A DNA stretch of 64,000 nucleotides from Octopus sinensis (lineage: Eukaryota), in the NCBI RefSeq assembly GCF_006345805.1, contig NW_021836316.1, positions 1 to 64,000 on the forward strand, in the 5' to 3' direction. The notes beneath the pieces were generated by a model. It was given only the letters and a program-made list of their open reading frames with translations. It had not been told where the DNA came from and did not search any database. Of this stretch, positions 40,351 through 53,433 are shown in pieces. How positions within the stretch are numbered: the stretch's first letter is position 1; the number at the start of each line of letters is the position of its first letter. The translations under genes and the position numbers were made by a program.

Positions 40351-40994
40351 AAACCACAAATCAAAACAAATTAAAAAAATATATGAATAATAGAAGAAAC
40401 GTGAAATAAGTGAGAAGGCAGTACCATCTTTTCTGTAAACATGGCTACGTGAATTTCTCCCAAACAATTCAATTTTCGACTCGTCTGTACATAGAACATT
40501 TTCCCAGAATCTATCAGGTTTATCTTTATGTTCATAAACAAATTCTGTACGAATACTTTTTTCATCCCTAAATATTTATGATTGTATATAAATTCCTAAG
40601 TTATAATAATTTATTATTTTCTTTGGCATATTCTTAGTTTATGCATGTGTATGCAAATATAGTATTGGTATATCCCATTTATGTTCATTAGAAATTAAAT
40701 AAATAAAGAATTTTGACGTGTACGAATATTTATTTCCCCCAACTGTATATATTACTCAAGGTGGTGCCCACGCTAGGGCACCGCCTTGAATAATTAGTCG
40801 AAGGAATCGATCCCAGTACATCCGTCTCTATCCATATATATAGATAGAGAGAGAAGTACTGGAACCGATTCCTTCGACTAATTATTCAAGGTAGTGCCCC
40901 AGCGTGGCCGCAGTATAATGACTGAAACAAGCAAATGAATAAAATAAAAGAATATGTTGCATCAGCATGACCGCAGAATAAAAGAATATATATA

Positions 40995-41435
40995 GGCTCA
41001 GGAGTGGCTGTATGGTAAGTGGCTTGCTTACCAAGTACATGGTTCCTGGTTCAATCTCACTGCAGGGAACTATGCGCAAGTGTCTTCTGCTATAGCCACA
41101 GTCAGACCAAAGCCTTGTGAATGGAATTGGTAGACGGAAACTAGAAGAAGCCCGTCGTATATAAATATATATATATATGTATATATACATATGTGTGTGT
41201 GTGTGTGTGTGAGCGTGTGTGTATGTATTTTTGCCTCTGTGTTTGTCCCCCACCATCACCTGACAACCGGTGTTGGTGTGTTTACGTCCCCTTAACTTAG
41301 CGGTGGGGGCAGTTCACACCGACAGAATAAGTACTAGACTTACAAAGAATAAGTTGTAGGATTGATTTGTCGGACTAAAGGCTGTGCTCTAGCATGGCCC
41401 CAGTCGAATGACTGAAACAAGTATAAGAAAGAATA
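40995..41435 (+). mobile_element. SINE family B, full length
   Basis: GGCTCAGGAGTGGCTGTATGGTAAG head through ATGACTGAAACAAG tail. Confidence 0.88.
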
Positions 41436-42639
41436 CACTCACACACACAAACACACACACATATATATATTCACATACATTATATATCTGGGAAGAGCTG
41501 CGGCGAATATAGTAGCATTTCTTTTTTTATTTTTAGGTATTTTAAGTCATTGAATTAATATCCTACTCAATTAACCAAATGTAAGTAGCATTATTTTATT
41601 ATTCAAAAATCTTTTGAAATTTCTCAACACCCTTTCCCCTTTATGCGTCGCAGAAATTCTAAGAATGTATGAAGCTGTTCGTGGTCGATAGAGCTGATGA
41701 AAATATCAAAGAAATACCGAAGTGGATGGGTGAAGATCAAAATTGGAATTTTTCAAAGTAGTATCTATAAACGAAAATTGTCTATCTATCTATCTATCTA
41801 TCTGTCTGTCTGCCTGCCTGCTTCTTCCCCCCTCTCTCTCTAACTATCTATCTCTTTCCATCTCTCTATCTATCGTGTGTGTAGGTGTGTGCATGAGTAT
41901 TTCCATAGATATTTATACATAGTTTCTGATATCTATCTACATGCTTACACACTCACATACACACACTCACATACACACATGCACACATGCACACACACAC
42001 GTACACGGTTATATAAGTTATGAGAAACAGAGGTGTACATATGATGCAATTGCGCCATTTCTGCATTACACGTCTGAAAGTCAAGCTGTCTCAATATGCC
42101 ATGGATCTGATAATAAAACAATACAGCAGACATTCTGAACTTTCTTAATAGCATTTTTGTCTGATACAGACAAGGGAATCTAAAATAATAGCTGTTATTT
42201 TTCCAATATAGAGTTGCATCATAAAGCATCACATCTGCGTCGATTCATATCCACATTTTTATGTGAATCTGAAACATTTTTTTCTATGATTTCCTTCCAT
42301 AAAATTATTTTTCACGAAATCTGACTTGGTGCCTTCAGAAATGAAATCTTTATATGCATTGTAAAGCAGTTGAATTAGGAAAAAATTAAATTGGCGATAT
42401 TGTTACTCTTTGGTCTCTTGTTAGATCAAATCAAACAAATTCTATGAATAAAATTATTCCAGTCATGTCATTCATGTGTTATTAGGAGAACCGCGAAGTA
42501 ATGAAGTATTTTTAAGCAAAGCAAATAGTCTGTCGTTACACCATTAATGGATCCACGTCAGTGTATTGGGGATTTGTTCTGGACGCTTAATAAACCATTG
42601 TCTGCAGTGGAAGATCCTTTTAATTAGATGGGTGAAGTG

Positions 42640-42970
42640 TATAAAAAGAGGAAGAGAAAGGTCATCTTGCAACAGGATAATGCAAGGTCATATGCAGGAA
42701 AAGATAAGTTCTTTAAGCTGGGAAGTTCTACCTCACCCTCCTTACTCTCCAGACCTAGCTCCATCAGACCTTCACTTATTTTAGCCACTTGAACACCTTA
42801 CCAATAGGGGAGAAAAAAAAGCTTTCAGGGCCGTGATGTTGTCGAAACAGAATTTCACACATTTTTATTTTCTTCTAAGGAACGCTAAAGTTTCTTTCTC
42901 CTCGTAGAATCGAAAACTGGTTTTGAGGTGGGGAAATATTATTCCTAACGTGTCGATCATTTTCAATAAA
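42640..42970 (+). pseudogene. mariner transposase C-terminal fragment
   Basis: WEVLPHPPYSPDLAPSDLHLF motif in ORF 42566-42784. Confidence 0.85.
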
Positions 42971-43022
42971 TGGATTATATATCATATATACGATGTGTTC
43001 TATGTTTATTTGAACTCAAGAT

Positions 43023-43872
43023 TCGAGATGCGTCCAAGAAGTATACGACTTCATTTTTTCTCGCCAAAGTTAATGCTACGAGTATAAAATATTTTGGGTA
43101 GATGACACCGCTCTTCCTGAGCATGCGTGAAAATTTTCACGTCGTATCAGTTCCTGTCTGTTACACCTAGAGTATAGAAGTGTAGTGCGTGGTCGTCGGA
43201 TTTTTGCCTTCACCGAACACTTCGAGCAGAGATACCTTATCAGGTTTTGCCAAAAGCTCAAAACATCCAGAAAATTCAGTAAAATTTTGGCGACGATGCC
43301 ATGGAAAAATCTCAGATCAAGGAGAGGTACAACTGCTTCAAACATGGCTGCACCTTAGTGGAGAGTGAGGCACACTCAAGCAGGCCATCCACAAGCTGAA
43401 ACGAGGAGGTTCAGCGAATAGTTATGGAAGACCGTGTAACATACCTTGAAATTGCTCACAAAGCTGTACTAAGCACACCACCAGTACATTCCATTTTAGC
43501 AGGCTGTTTCGCACCGAAAGTTGCTGGCGGAGCAGAAGAAACAACTCTGCTTGGAAATCGCTCAGAACATGCTGGACAGTTGAAACTGAGACCCAGACTT
43601 AATGAAGACCATCATCACTGGTGATGAGATATCCGTTTATTGTATCTTCTCGTTGCGTTCTGTCATCTTGCGTGGAAACCGAAATACGACGAGCACACAC
43701 TACACGTCTGTACTCTAGGCGTAACAGCCGGGAGACGACGCGTTCTACCGACGAGAAAATTTTCACGCATGTGCAGGAAGAATGACGCCATCTCTCACTT
43801 TAAGGATTTTTGTTTTGCGTTATTAATTTTGCCGGCAAAAAATAATATCGGACACTTTTTGAACATACCTCG
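43023..43872 (+). mobile_element. Internally deleted mariner-like element with long (~180 bp) inverted ends
   Basis: Ends CGAG..CTCG-TA; 43116-43203 inverts to 43682-43778; EQRYLIRFCQKL N-terminal remnant at ~43224. Confidence 0.72.
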
Positions 43873-44850
43873 TAAGAAATGTCACGTTACTTTTCTGTAC
43901 GCTTAATATTTTCACCCAACGTAACCGTGATATCATTTACTGATGTGTGCGACCATTTTATGACGTTTACGTGTATTATTCGGTTAAGATTTGGGTTATA
44001 GTTTATAAAAGATCATTTTATAATTAGAAGTTTTGCCGTTGGCTCTAAAACATTTTATGGATGATTTTTAAGTATCAGGAGATTGCGGAAACAGAATTCT
44101 TTCTGGTTGTAAGATTTCCAATTCAGTTGCGCTTGTCTTATAATTTTATTGTTTTGAATCTGCTAAAATAATTACTAGTGAACTACAGATATTGGTATGA
44201 AGATTATACATCCCAGCAAAGTAGGTAAAAATACCTAATTCTGCTTGAGTCTACATACATTCTGTTAAACAGAAATGAAATTTTGTAGCACCGAAAAAAT
44301 ACGTAATCACAATTTTACCTCTGTTGATTTCAGCGTTGATGTCTTTATATGTGGTTGAATAAGGAGTCAAATGCCAATCATCTTTTCACATGAAATTACT
44401 AATTATTACCAGAAACAGCAGATATCATGTAAAGTGGTATGGCTGAAGCAAAATAAAATTATCTTCAATACCATCTGTTAGGTTTTTGTTTGCTAGGTAC
44501 AGGTATGACTTTGTAGTAAGGTGTTTGCTTCCTAATCAGATGACTCCAGGTTTAGTACCACTGCTTGTCAACTGATGTGTACGACCATTTTATGACGTTT
44601 ACCAGTATTATTCGGTTAAGATTTGGGTTATAGTTCTACTATAGTCTTGCGCCGACCAAATCCTTGTGAGTGGATTTGGTAAACGGAAACTTTAAAAAAA
44701 GCCCTCACATATATATGTATATATATTTATAGAAATTCGGGGTGAGTACTTGATAATTATAAGCACATGTGTATACCGTTTGGTGGTGTAGGTGGTGGAG
44801 TAAATTGATCAAAATAAAAATAAAAATAAAAACATGAGGCGAAGGATTCA

Positions 44851-44928
44851 GCGGTACATATGTTTCGGGCCTTTATTAGACAGATTCATAACAAATCATA
44901 ATGTATGTCTGTGGCCTTCTTCAGCCGC
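44851..44928 (-). ncRNA. Type I hammerhead motif (left arm)
   Basis: GCGG-CTGAAGA-aGGCC..GGCCc-GAA-AC atat GT-A^CCGC. The first stem II pair is an A.C mismatch. Confidence 0.65.
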
Positions 44929-45004
44929 AGCTGAAGAAGGCCACAGACATACATTATGATTTGTTATGAATCTGTCTAATAAAGGCCCGAAACATATGTA
45001 CCGC
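44927..45004 (+). ncRNA. Type I hammerhead motif (right arm)
   Basis: Same core as the left arm; stem I GCAG/CCGC has one mismatch; predicted cleavage after 45000. Confidence 0.55.
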
Positions 45005-45689
45005 TGAATCCTTCGCCTCATGTTTTTATTTTTATTTTTATTTTGATCAATATATATATTTATATATATATGAGTTTTTTTCCCACCAATGCGGTGATGA
45101 GCACTCATTCTCGTCGTTCGAGATATACACTTATATATTCATGTTTGTGTGTGTGTCTATGTTTGTGTGTACGTGTGTGTCTGTGTCACCACCACTTGAC
45201 AACTTCTTGACTGATTGGTTCGACAAAAGAGACCGATAGGATTATTACCAAGATTAAAACTAAAAGTACTGGGGACGACTCGTTCGACGAAAAATTCTCA
45301 ATTCTCAAGGAAGTGCCCCAACATGGCTACATAAAATATCATATTTTTGCATATAGCGATGTATGACATTAGGTTGCATCGTGGGGAGATAAATAATCTT
45401 TGATATTGATAGAAGTTAGATTAGGGCTACACTTTTTATGAATAACAGAAGAGATTTATAGACTTCTTTCTCAAATGCTGCAAGGGTTTAATGATTAGAA
45501 GTTAGCAGTGATTTATATATGAAATTAGACCGAAGAAGATGTTTGAACGAGTTTGGTTGTATGCATATCTGGTTATATTTATGGTTATGTTCGTTTTCGT
45601 CTGTGTAGGGACGTTTGTGTGAACTTATGGGCGAACGTCTATTTATGTATGGGAAAGGTGTGCCATGGTAATTCAAAAACGCAAATGAA

Positions 45690-46103
45690 GGCGGCAAGCT
45701 GGCAGAAGCGTTAGAATGCGGGGCGAAAAGATTTGCGGTATTTCGTCTGCCGTTACGTTCTGAGTTCAAATTCGCGCAAGGTCGACTTTGCCTTTCACCC
45801 TTTCGGGGTCGATTAAATAAGTACCAGTTACGCACTGGGGTCGATATAATCGACTTAATCCGTTTGTTTCCCCTTGTTTGTCCCCTCTGTGTTTAGCCCC
45901 TTGTGGGTAGTAAAGAAATAGGTATTTCATATGCCGCTACGTTCTGGGTTCAAATTCCCCGAGGTGGACTTTACCTTTCATCCTTTCGGGGTCGATAAAT
46001 TAAGTACCAGTAACGCACTGTGGTCGATATAATCGTCTTAATCCCATTGGCAGTCCTTGTTTGTCCCCTCTATGTTTATCTCCTTGTGGGCAATAAAGAA
46101 ATA
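45690..46103 (+). mobile_element. SINE family A, dimeric form
   Basis: Head plus two bodies, junction AAAGAAATAGGTATTTC at ~45912. Confidence 0.9.
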
Positions 46104-47048
46104 AGAAACACAAAGGACAGAAGAAGAACTCATACTCACAAAGCCATCTCAGTCGAGAATTCACGTGGAGTCGAGAATTATCTGAACAAATCGTTCAATA
46201 CACTAATTGCTTGAAAGCAGAAGATCCATGTACAATTTAAGAACAGAGTCAATGTACAAGTTGTAAAATACTTAAATGTATCAGCTGCTCTGCTGATTGT
46301 TGTGTTGGAAGTAGTAAAAAGATGGCTCAGCCTCTTGCAGGTGGAAGTAGTTGAAGACTCCGTCGTGATGCTTCAGGCTTTATTTTTCATGTCTGGAGAA
46401 AAATTACAGTTGTAAGTCAATGCTAACATTGAGATAAATGAAACTTTAAAATTCTACCTTATATAGTACATTCATTATTGTTAGTCATAAAAGTGCTTAG
46501 TGTTTACATCGTGTGATAGATGGAAAGATGTGATGTACATATTTTGCCGATGGTGATTGGAGATAATTGAACGGAAGGAAATCACACTAAGTAGGAAATA
46601 AAACCGTTTTGGAACTGCCACTTTAAAGAAATAATGATGTCTTTTGAGAGGGAAGTAAATACTCTTCTCGCTAACGGAGAACGTAGTCGTCACTATATTA
46701 CTGATATTCATTTATTTACATATGAAATACTGGAATCCATAATTAGCGCTTCTAGAAACTAAAGACACGGAAGCAGAAAGTTTGTAGCAATATCTCTCCT
46801 GTCATCTCACTACACTTAAAGCAGTGGAAGTCGTTGTTTTCTTACGAAATGAAAGAGGTCATATGATAAGTAGGAAAGAAATATGCTGATTGACTCATCC
46901 AGATACAGGATTTGTTTCATGAATCTAAGGATTTGTAACACTAATTTGTAATTTCACCTTTCGCATCGTTCAAACCCTGCACGGCGAATCTCCTTTCGGA
47001 AGAGAAGCTAATTTTTCATTGCTCGATCATTTGAACAATCTATAATCT

Positions 47049-47402
47049 TATTTCTTTTCTACCCACAAGGGGTTAAACACAGAGAGGAGAGGACAAACAA
47101 GGACAGACAAACAGATAAAGTCGATTATATCGATGCCAGTGCGTAACTGGTACTTATTTAATCAACCCCGAAATTATGAAAGGCAAAGTCGATCTCAGCG
47201 GAATTCGAACTCAGAACGTAGCGGCGGACGAAATACCTATTTCTTTACTACTCACAAGGGGCTAAACACAGAGAGAACAAACAAGGACAGACAAACGGAT
47301 TAAGTCGATTATATCAACTCCAGTGCGTAACTGGTACTTATTTAATCGACCTGACATTTTGGGGGAGGGGGCCAGTCGATTAGATCGGCCCCAGTACGCA
47401 AC
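47049..47402 (-). mobile_element. SINE family A multimer fragments
   Basis: Two body units plus the alternative tail segment; head missing. Confidence 0.8.
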
Positions 47403-47916
47403 GTTATCAGAGACGTTATTGATTGTCAGAGTGAACAGCAATCTTAAGATGAAATATTTTAAACTGGGAACTGAAAAAACATCGTAGATCAAGTTGGACG
47501 TCATCTTATAAATATCGTAATAAATATGGGAAAGTGTATTTTTATCAGGAGAGTACGAACATTTTCCATGAGGTGAGTATATTATACGCTTATTGAAAGC
47601 CGATTCGTTATCAGGCTAATTCATTTTGTACAAATGAATGCAAGCATCAAGTGAAAAAAAATCTCATGAATTTATCGGACATCTCATAAATAGAAAAGCT
47701 GCGACATATATATTGCAGGGGATTAACAGATCGACAGGAATGCCAAATGTCACGAAGATGAGGTCATGCATTTTCGTTGACAAGATAAGCATCGATATTA
47801 TTATTTTGAGTTGTGTTTAGGAAATCAAAAATACAAGTAGTAGCAGTTAATTGCATTTGGAGTTCATTTCCTCAGCGTATGTATATACATACATACATAC
47901 ATACATACGTACATAC

Positions 47917-48030
<114 letters not shown>

Positions 48031-48061
48031 TATATATATATACACACATGCACACACACAG

Positions 48062-48142
<81 letters not shown>

Positions 48143-49307
48143 CTTACATATTTATACACAAATGAGGAACTGGTAGATGTCAGCGTCCACACTTTTCTGG
48201 TGATGGCATTTATCGCCCAGAGTCATTGATTCTTAATGGCTTTGCTTTGAGATGATCAAATATATCTTTACCATTTCATTATGAGACACAAATATTAAGC
48301 TACAAAGATATGTATTGGAGGAGATTTGGGGACAAAAAAAAAAAGAAAAAAAGTAAACACATTCCTGAATTTTTTGAGGATCTAGCCAGATGTGGTAATA
48401 GAGATGTTGAAACATCTAATAGTGCTACGGACAGAGTTAAATGATGAAAACGTCGCTCCAGTGTTGTATGCATAGCATCATGTACGTAGTAGAGAAATGG
48501 AGAGCGAAGAGAATATCTATGAAGAAGAATAAAACACTACGAAAGGATATAGTAGGATGCAAAAGAAAATCTGCCTTGGCGGAAATTCAAATTAGACTAC
48601 TGCAGTATTGAAACTAGGAATACTAAATTATTAAGTTCGGCATTTCACTTCTTGGTTCTCTTCCCAAGAGACTCGAAATGGAAAATATTAAGAAATATCT
48701 TACTCTATTGACATGATTCGAACATACAACATAGACAGAGGAAGAGAGAGATTGAGAGAGTGAGAAAGAGGAAACTAAATAATTTAGTACATTTAGAACA
48801 GTGATTCTGTCCCTGCCGCTTCTGTCATCTCAATATATATTCGAATTTTCACTTCTATTAAATAATAAGAATACTACTAATAATAAAAAAAAATTGAAAT
48901 ATTATTTAATAGAAGGGAAAATTGAAATAGAGATATAAACAAATAACTACGAAACAGAAAGTGAAACTAAGTGTTGTGAAGGTCATGCGTCTCCCTTGTG
49001 AGAAATTTGAAGAATAAGATAATGATAATAGTCATGAATATATTTATTTTACCTCCAGACAAAAATTAGTGAGAATTTGTTTCGTAAAATTGTTTTTCAT
49101 CTCTGACATCAGCTATCAATCAATAATTACAATTTTCAACTCAAAGATCAAATAACTAATCGAACAATATTTTTTTCAACGCTGTGTATATTTGTATATT
49201 TTTATTAAATCTTTTTGTTTCTGACGTGTGTATAACACACACACACACACACACACATGCGTGCGTTGTGTATGTGTTATATATATATGTTTGTGTGTGT
49301 GTGTATT

Positions 49308-49342
<35 letters not shown>

Positions 49343-49392
49343 ATACATATATGTATATATGTATATAATACATGCATATATATATAAAATAC

Positions 49393-49425
<33 letters not shown>

Positions 49426-49615
49426 CATACATATATAATGTATATACACACATATATACACACACTCGCTCTACACACGCACATATGTGCACGAATATAT
49501 AATCTTTTTCATAAAAAAATATATATGTATATATACGTACACCTACATGAACATATATATCGATACGCGCACACATATATGAATATAAATATGTGTATAC
49601 ACACACATATACATA

Positions 49616-49669
<54 letters not shown>

Positions 49670-50389
49670 TGTGTGTATGTCTATCTGTACGTATGTATTC
49701 ATCTAGTTTTGTACCATTACTGTGATCAGAGTCAGTGGGGAATTTGTTGCTAAATAATGACGATGTGAATTTATCACCCGTTTTACCCTAACAAATAAAT
49801 CAATGATTGTCACATGGGTGGAATCATGATTTTAAAAAAATTATTTTCTCTTTATTTTCTCTTTACAGTTTTTCATTCCCTACTGCGTTCCTACCGTCAC
49901 CAATAGTTTCTGTTTACTATTTGTTCTTTCTACAATTCATTTGTGTTATAGACATTTTCTCCAAAATATCAGGCCTCTCTCACATTTGAACAATATGAGA
50001 GGCCTATCCTTTGTGGTATTATTTTAGACTTTCTCAACCCTCGATTCTTGACTAGATTTGTGATTAAAACTATCAGAAACAGGATGCCATTTCTTGTTGT
50101 TTAATTGTATATTGACACTGTAATGTGCCTTTTTAAAATAAAACGGTTGAATGTGACACGAAAAAGATTTTTACACGCTTTTTTACTTGGCCTGGTGCCC
50201 AAATGGAAACCCCACCATTTTGCTTTTGTGATTGTTGTCGGTGTATTTATGTTTTTGCAATGTGATAGGAGAATGTTGATAAAGGTATTTCAACACTGAT
50301 AATAGCATTTGTTAGACATTTTTAAGACTACATTAACCAGTATCCTATTTTCAAGACGTGAAAGTGTTGTATGATATTTAGCTGCTATT

Positions 50390-50807
50390 ACGTATTTCTT
50401 TATTGCCCACAAGGAGCTAAACATAGAGAAGTCAAACAAGGACAGACAAAGGGATTACGTCGATTACATCGACCCCAGTGCGTAACTAGTACTTAGTTTA
50501 TCGACCCCGAAAGTATAGCAGGCAAAGTCGACTTCGGCAGAATTTGAATTCAGAACATAACGGCAAACGAAACAGCTATTTCTTTACTACCCACAAGGGG
50601 CTAAACACAGAGGGGACAAACAAGGGCAGACAAACGGATTAAGTCGATTACATCGACTCCAGTGCGTTACTGGTACTTATTTAATCGACCCCGAAAGGAT
50701 GAAAGGCAAAGTCGACCTCGGTGGAATTTGAACTCAGAACGTAACGGTTGACGGAATACTGCTAAGCACTTCGCTCGGCGTGCTAACGTTTCTGCCAGCT
50801 CACCGCC
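50390..50807 (-). mobile_element. SINE family A, dimeric form
   Basis: TSD ATTTA(G/A)CTGCTATT at 50376-50389 and 50808-50821 encloses the whole dimer. Confidence 0.9.
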
Positions 50808-51476
50808 ATTTAACTGCTATTTCTACCATATAAAGGCATCCTGGTTTAATGAATCAGCATCAAAAAAACACATATCCTTCGGTAGACTTAGTTTCTGGTC
50901 AGATTTCCATTATTCGTTTGCTCTTACATTTTTAGGAGGTGTATAAAAACAGTAGTATTGCCCTTTCTACGCATCTACCATTGTATAAATGGTTGTAATA
51001 ATACCATTTTACTGCGTTATTTCCATAACATAAGACATACAAATTTGTGCTATATTTTTGCAACCAGCATCGCCAGTTCGGTGAATTATCTTAGACGACT
51101 TACATTTCATGCATTGTACGTGTCGAAATTTTAGTTGGAGAGTCCGCAATGGAATTCTTATTATTTTTGTTTTCTTTTGCTTTTTATTTCTTTAAATCAA
51201 AACTGACATCTTGTTGGCTATAAGCGTTTCCGAAAAAATTAGACTGAAGTATCGACTCTTGTTCTTAACTGGTACTCTGTATCTTTGGTTATTTAAATTA
51301 AACTTCTACTGGACCTGTAGGAGAGCCTTCTAAACATGTGAGGTCTGCCGGGCGATTTCAGTTTCGTGGAGCCAATCCATATTCTTGCACGTGACCAGCT
51401 AATTTATTTTAATGAGAGAGAGAGAGAGAGAAAGAAAGAAAAAAGACGGGGGGAGAGATGGAGAAGTGGGGATGAA

Positions 51477-51657
51477 AGAAGAAGACGACGACGACGACGA
51501 CGAAGAAGAAGAAGAAGAAGAAGAAGAAGAAGAAGAAGAAGAAGAAGAAGAAGAAGAAGAAGAAGAAGAAGAAGAAGAAGATGAAGAAGAAGAAGAAGAA
51601 GAAGAAGAAGAAGATGAAGAAGAAGAAGATGAAGAAGACGAAGAAGAAGAAGAAGAG
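51477..51657. repeat. (GAA)n/(GAC)n microsatellite
   Basis: Directly visible. Confidence 0.95.
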
Positions 51658-52259
51658 CCCTGGTATTTAATTTATAAACCCTAGAAGGATTTAAGGCGAA
51701 TTTGACATCGGTGTAATTTCCACTCTGATTACAATCAACCGGAAGATATTCCACAAGGGCAGTCTATCTAATGCTCTAACGACCCTGCTAATTCGCCTCT
51801 TCTGAGGGACAATCATTTTGTATGAATTATTGGGAATTGAAATGACTTGTGATGCAAACCTGAGCCATAAATTAAGTAGCGGTCAGAGAGAACTCTCTTA
51901 TAACGAATTGGTTAGCCTAATTCTTAATTTAGCCAATCATGTATTAAGGAAACGAGAAATCATTGGAAACTGATATGAACTGATGTGTGAAATAAGTCGT
52001 CTTTTATCCCCATGAAATAATAAGTGTTCTTCGAAATAATTTTCTCCGCTAAATTATTTAAAACACACATTCTTTTTCTTTTCTAATTTGACATACATAC
52101 ATCTTAATTGTTAAATAGTGTTCAATTTCAATGTCATCTGGCTCAGTGTGTTTACACCCTATTGTCTACAGCGGAAACTTTTTCTGGCAAAATTCAGTGG
52201 ATGGATTTCTTACGGGTTGGAATATGCTCAAAGCATATTCGGGGTAGTAAAAATTTTGT

Positions 52260-52492
52260 ATTTATACACGTCACTGCTTACATATATTCTTTCCTTCTTT
52301 CCTTTTTTTCCCCTCCGTCTTCCCTACTTTGGATTTTTCCTTTTCCTATGTTTTTGACGAAGAGCTCCGCTCGAAACGTTAAACCTTCCTTCTTTCCTTC
52401 TTTCCGGAGCGTCTAATAACACTATACTTGTTCCACGTTCTCGCGTTGTTGTGTTTTCTCTTTGTGCTTTCATGTTTGGATTAACTATATAT
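52260..52492 (+). mobile_element. PLE-like terminal fragment with minimal HHR
   Basis: HHR at 52350-52384. Tail CTCGCGTTGTTGTGTTTTC..CATGTTTGGATTAAC-(TA)n recurs inverted at ~57354-57395 and ~57834-57876. 5' boundary uncertain. Confidence 0.6.
52350..52384 (+). ncRNA. Minimal type I hammerhead variant (C3U)
   Basis: GTTT-TTGACGA-A-GAGC tcc GCTC-GAA-ACGT-T^AAAC. Confidence 0.6.
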
Positions 52493-53373
52493 ATCTGTAC
52501 ATACATAAACATGTATGTATATATATATATATTTATACATACATAGATACATACATAAAAGTATGTTTGTGAGTGTGTATTTCGTGTGTGTGTGTTTATA
52601 TATAATGTACTGTTTCATGATGGTAAGATCACCAAAACGCACTCCATATGCTGAGAGATGAATATTATTCAATAGACACATAAAAACATGTATTACATGT
52701 TTTTACATGTTTTTATGTGCTACTACATGTTTTTATGTGCTACTAATAAATCCATATGTTGAGAAATACCCCAAACCTTTTCACCACATATAACGAACTA
52801 AGCATTGACTGGAAGAAGGAACGCGAAAAGTCGAGAAGGAAGCATATTGAAAACGTGTAATGTTTAAAAACGGAAAACGGAAAACGATGAAGTAAAAATT
52901 AATGAAAGTAAAAGAGCTATCTTCCTTAGGCCTTGAATGATAAGGCTGGATAGATATCAACAAGCTATTCACGTGTGGGCGGGAATTTCTAATTTACAAC
53001 CGCAGAAATGTATACGAAGCAAGCCAGGTGTATGCAGCTTCTATACACGTTATATGTCTTCACTAAAGCAAAAAATATTACAATTTGATCTATTTTCCAT
53101 ATACTGAATTTCATGTGTATATTTCATTGCTAAATTGAACTTATTTCATGCGGTCTCACTGATAAAGAAGGGTAGCTCTCTATTTAAGTTCTGTTTCAAG
53201 TATGAAATAAGAAACAATACCAATATCTATCTTTGTACGTGTATGTTCTTGTCTGCCAATTTGTTTCTGTATGGCGAATTCTGTCAGTCTCTGTCGCTTT
53301 CTCTTTCTTTCTCCCTCTCACTTTTCACATACACACACACATATGCACACGTACATGTATGTATATATGAATG

Positions 53374-53433
<60 letters not shown>

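Larger units (their letters stand above)
44804..45051. repeat. Perfect palindrome, 122-bp arms, 4-nt spacer, HHR motif in each arm
   Basis: 44804-44925 is the reverse complement of 44930-45051. Confidence 0.95.
44495..45330 (+). mobile_element. Old SINE family B copy split at its central TA tract by a HHR-bearing insertion
   Basis: 5' half 44495-44710 (GCCGACCAAATCCTTGTGAGTGGATTTGG), 3' half ~45140-45330. Confidence 0.65.

Noticed and set aside
41690-41725. Other CTGANGA matches (also ~32533, ~53875, ~56676, ~59111)
   Set aside because: No stem II, GAAA, stem III and stem I arrangement follows, so they are chance heptamers.
52676-52745. Short palindrome plus 20-bp tandem duplication
   Set aside because: Small AT-rich slippage product with no further structure.
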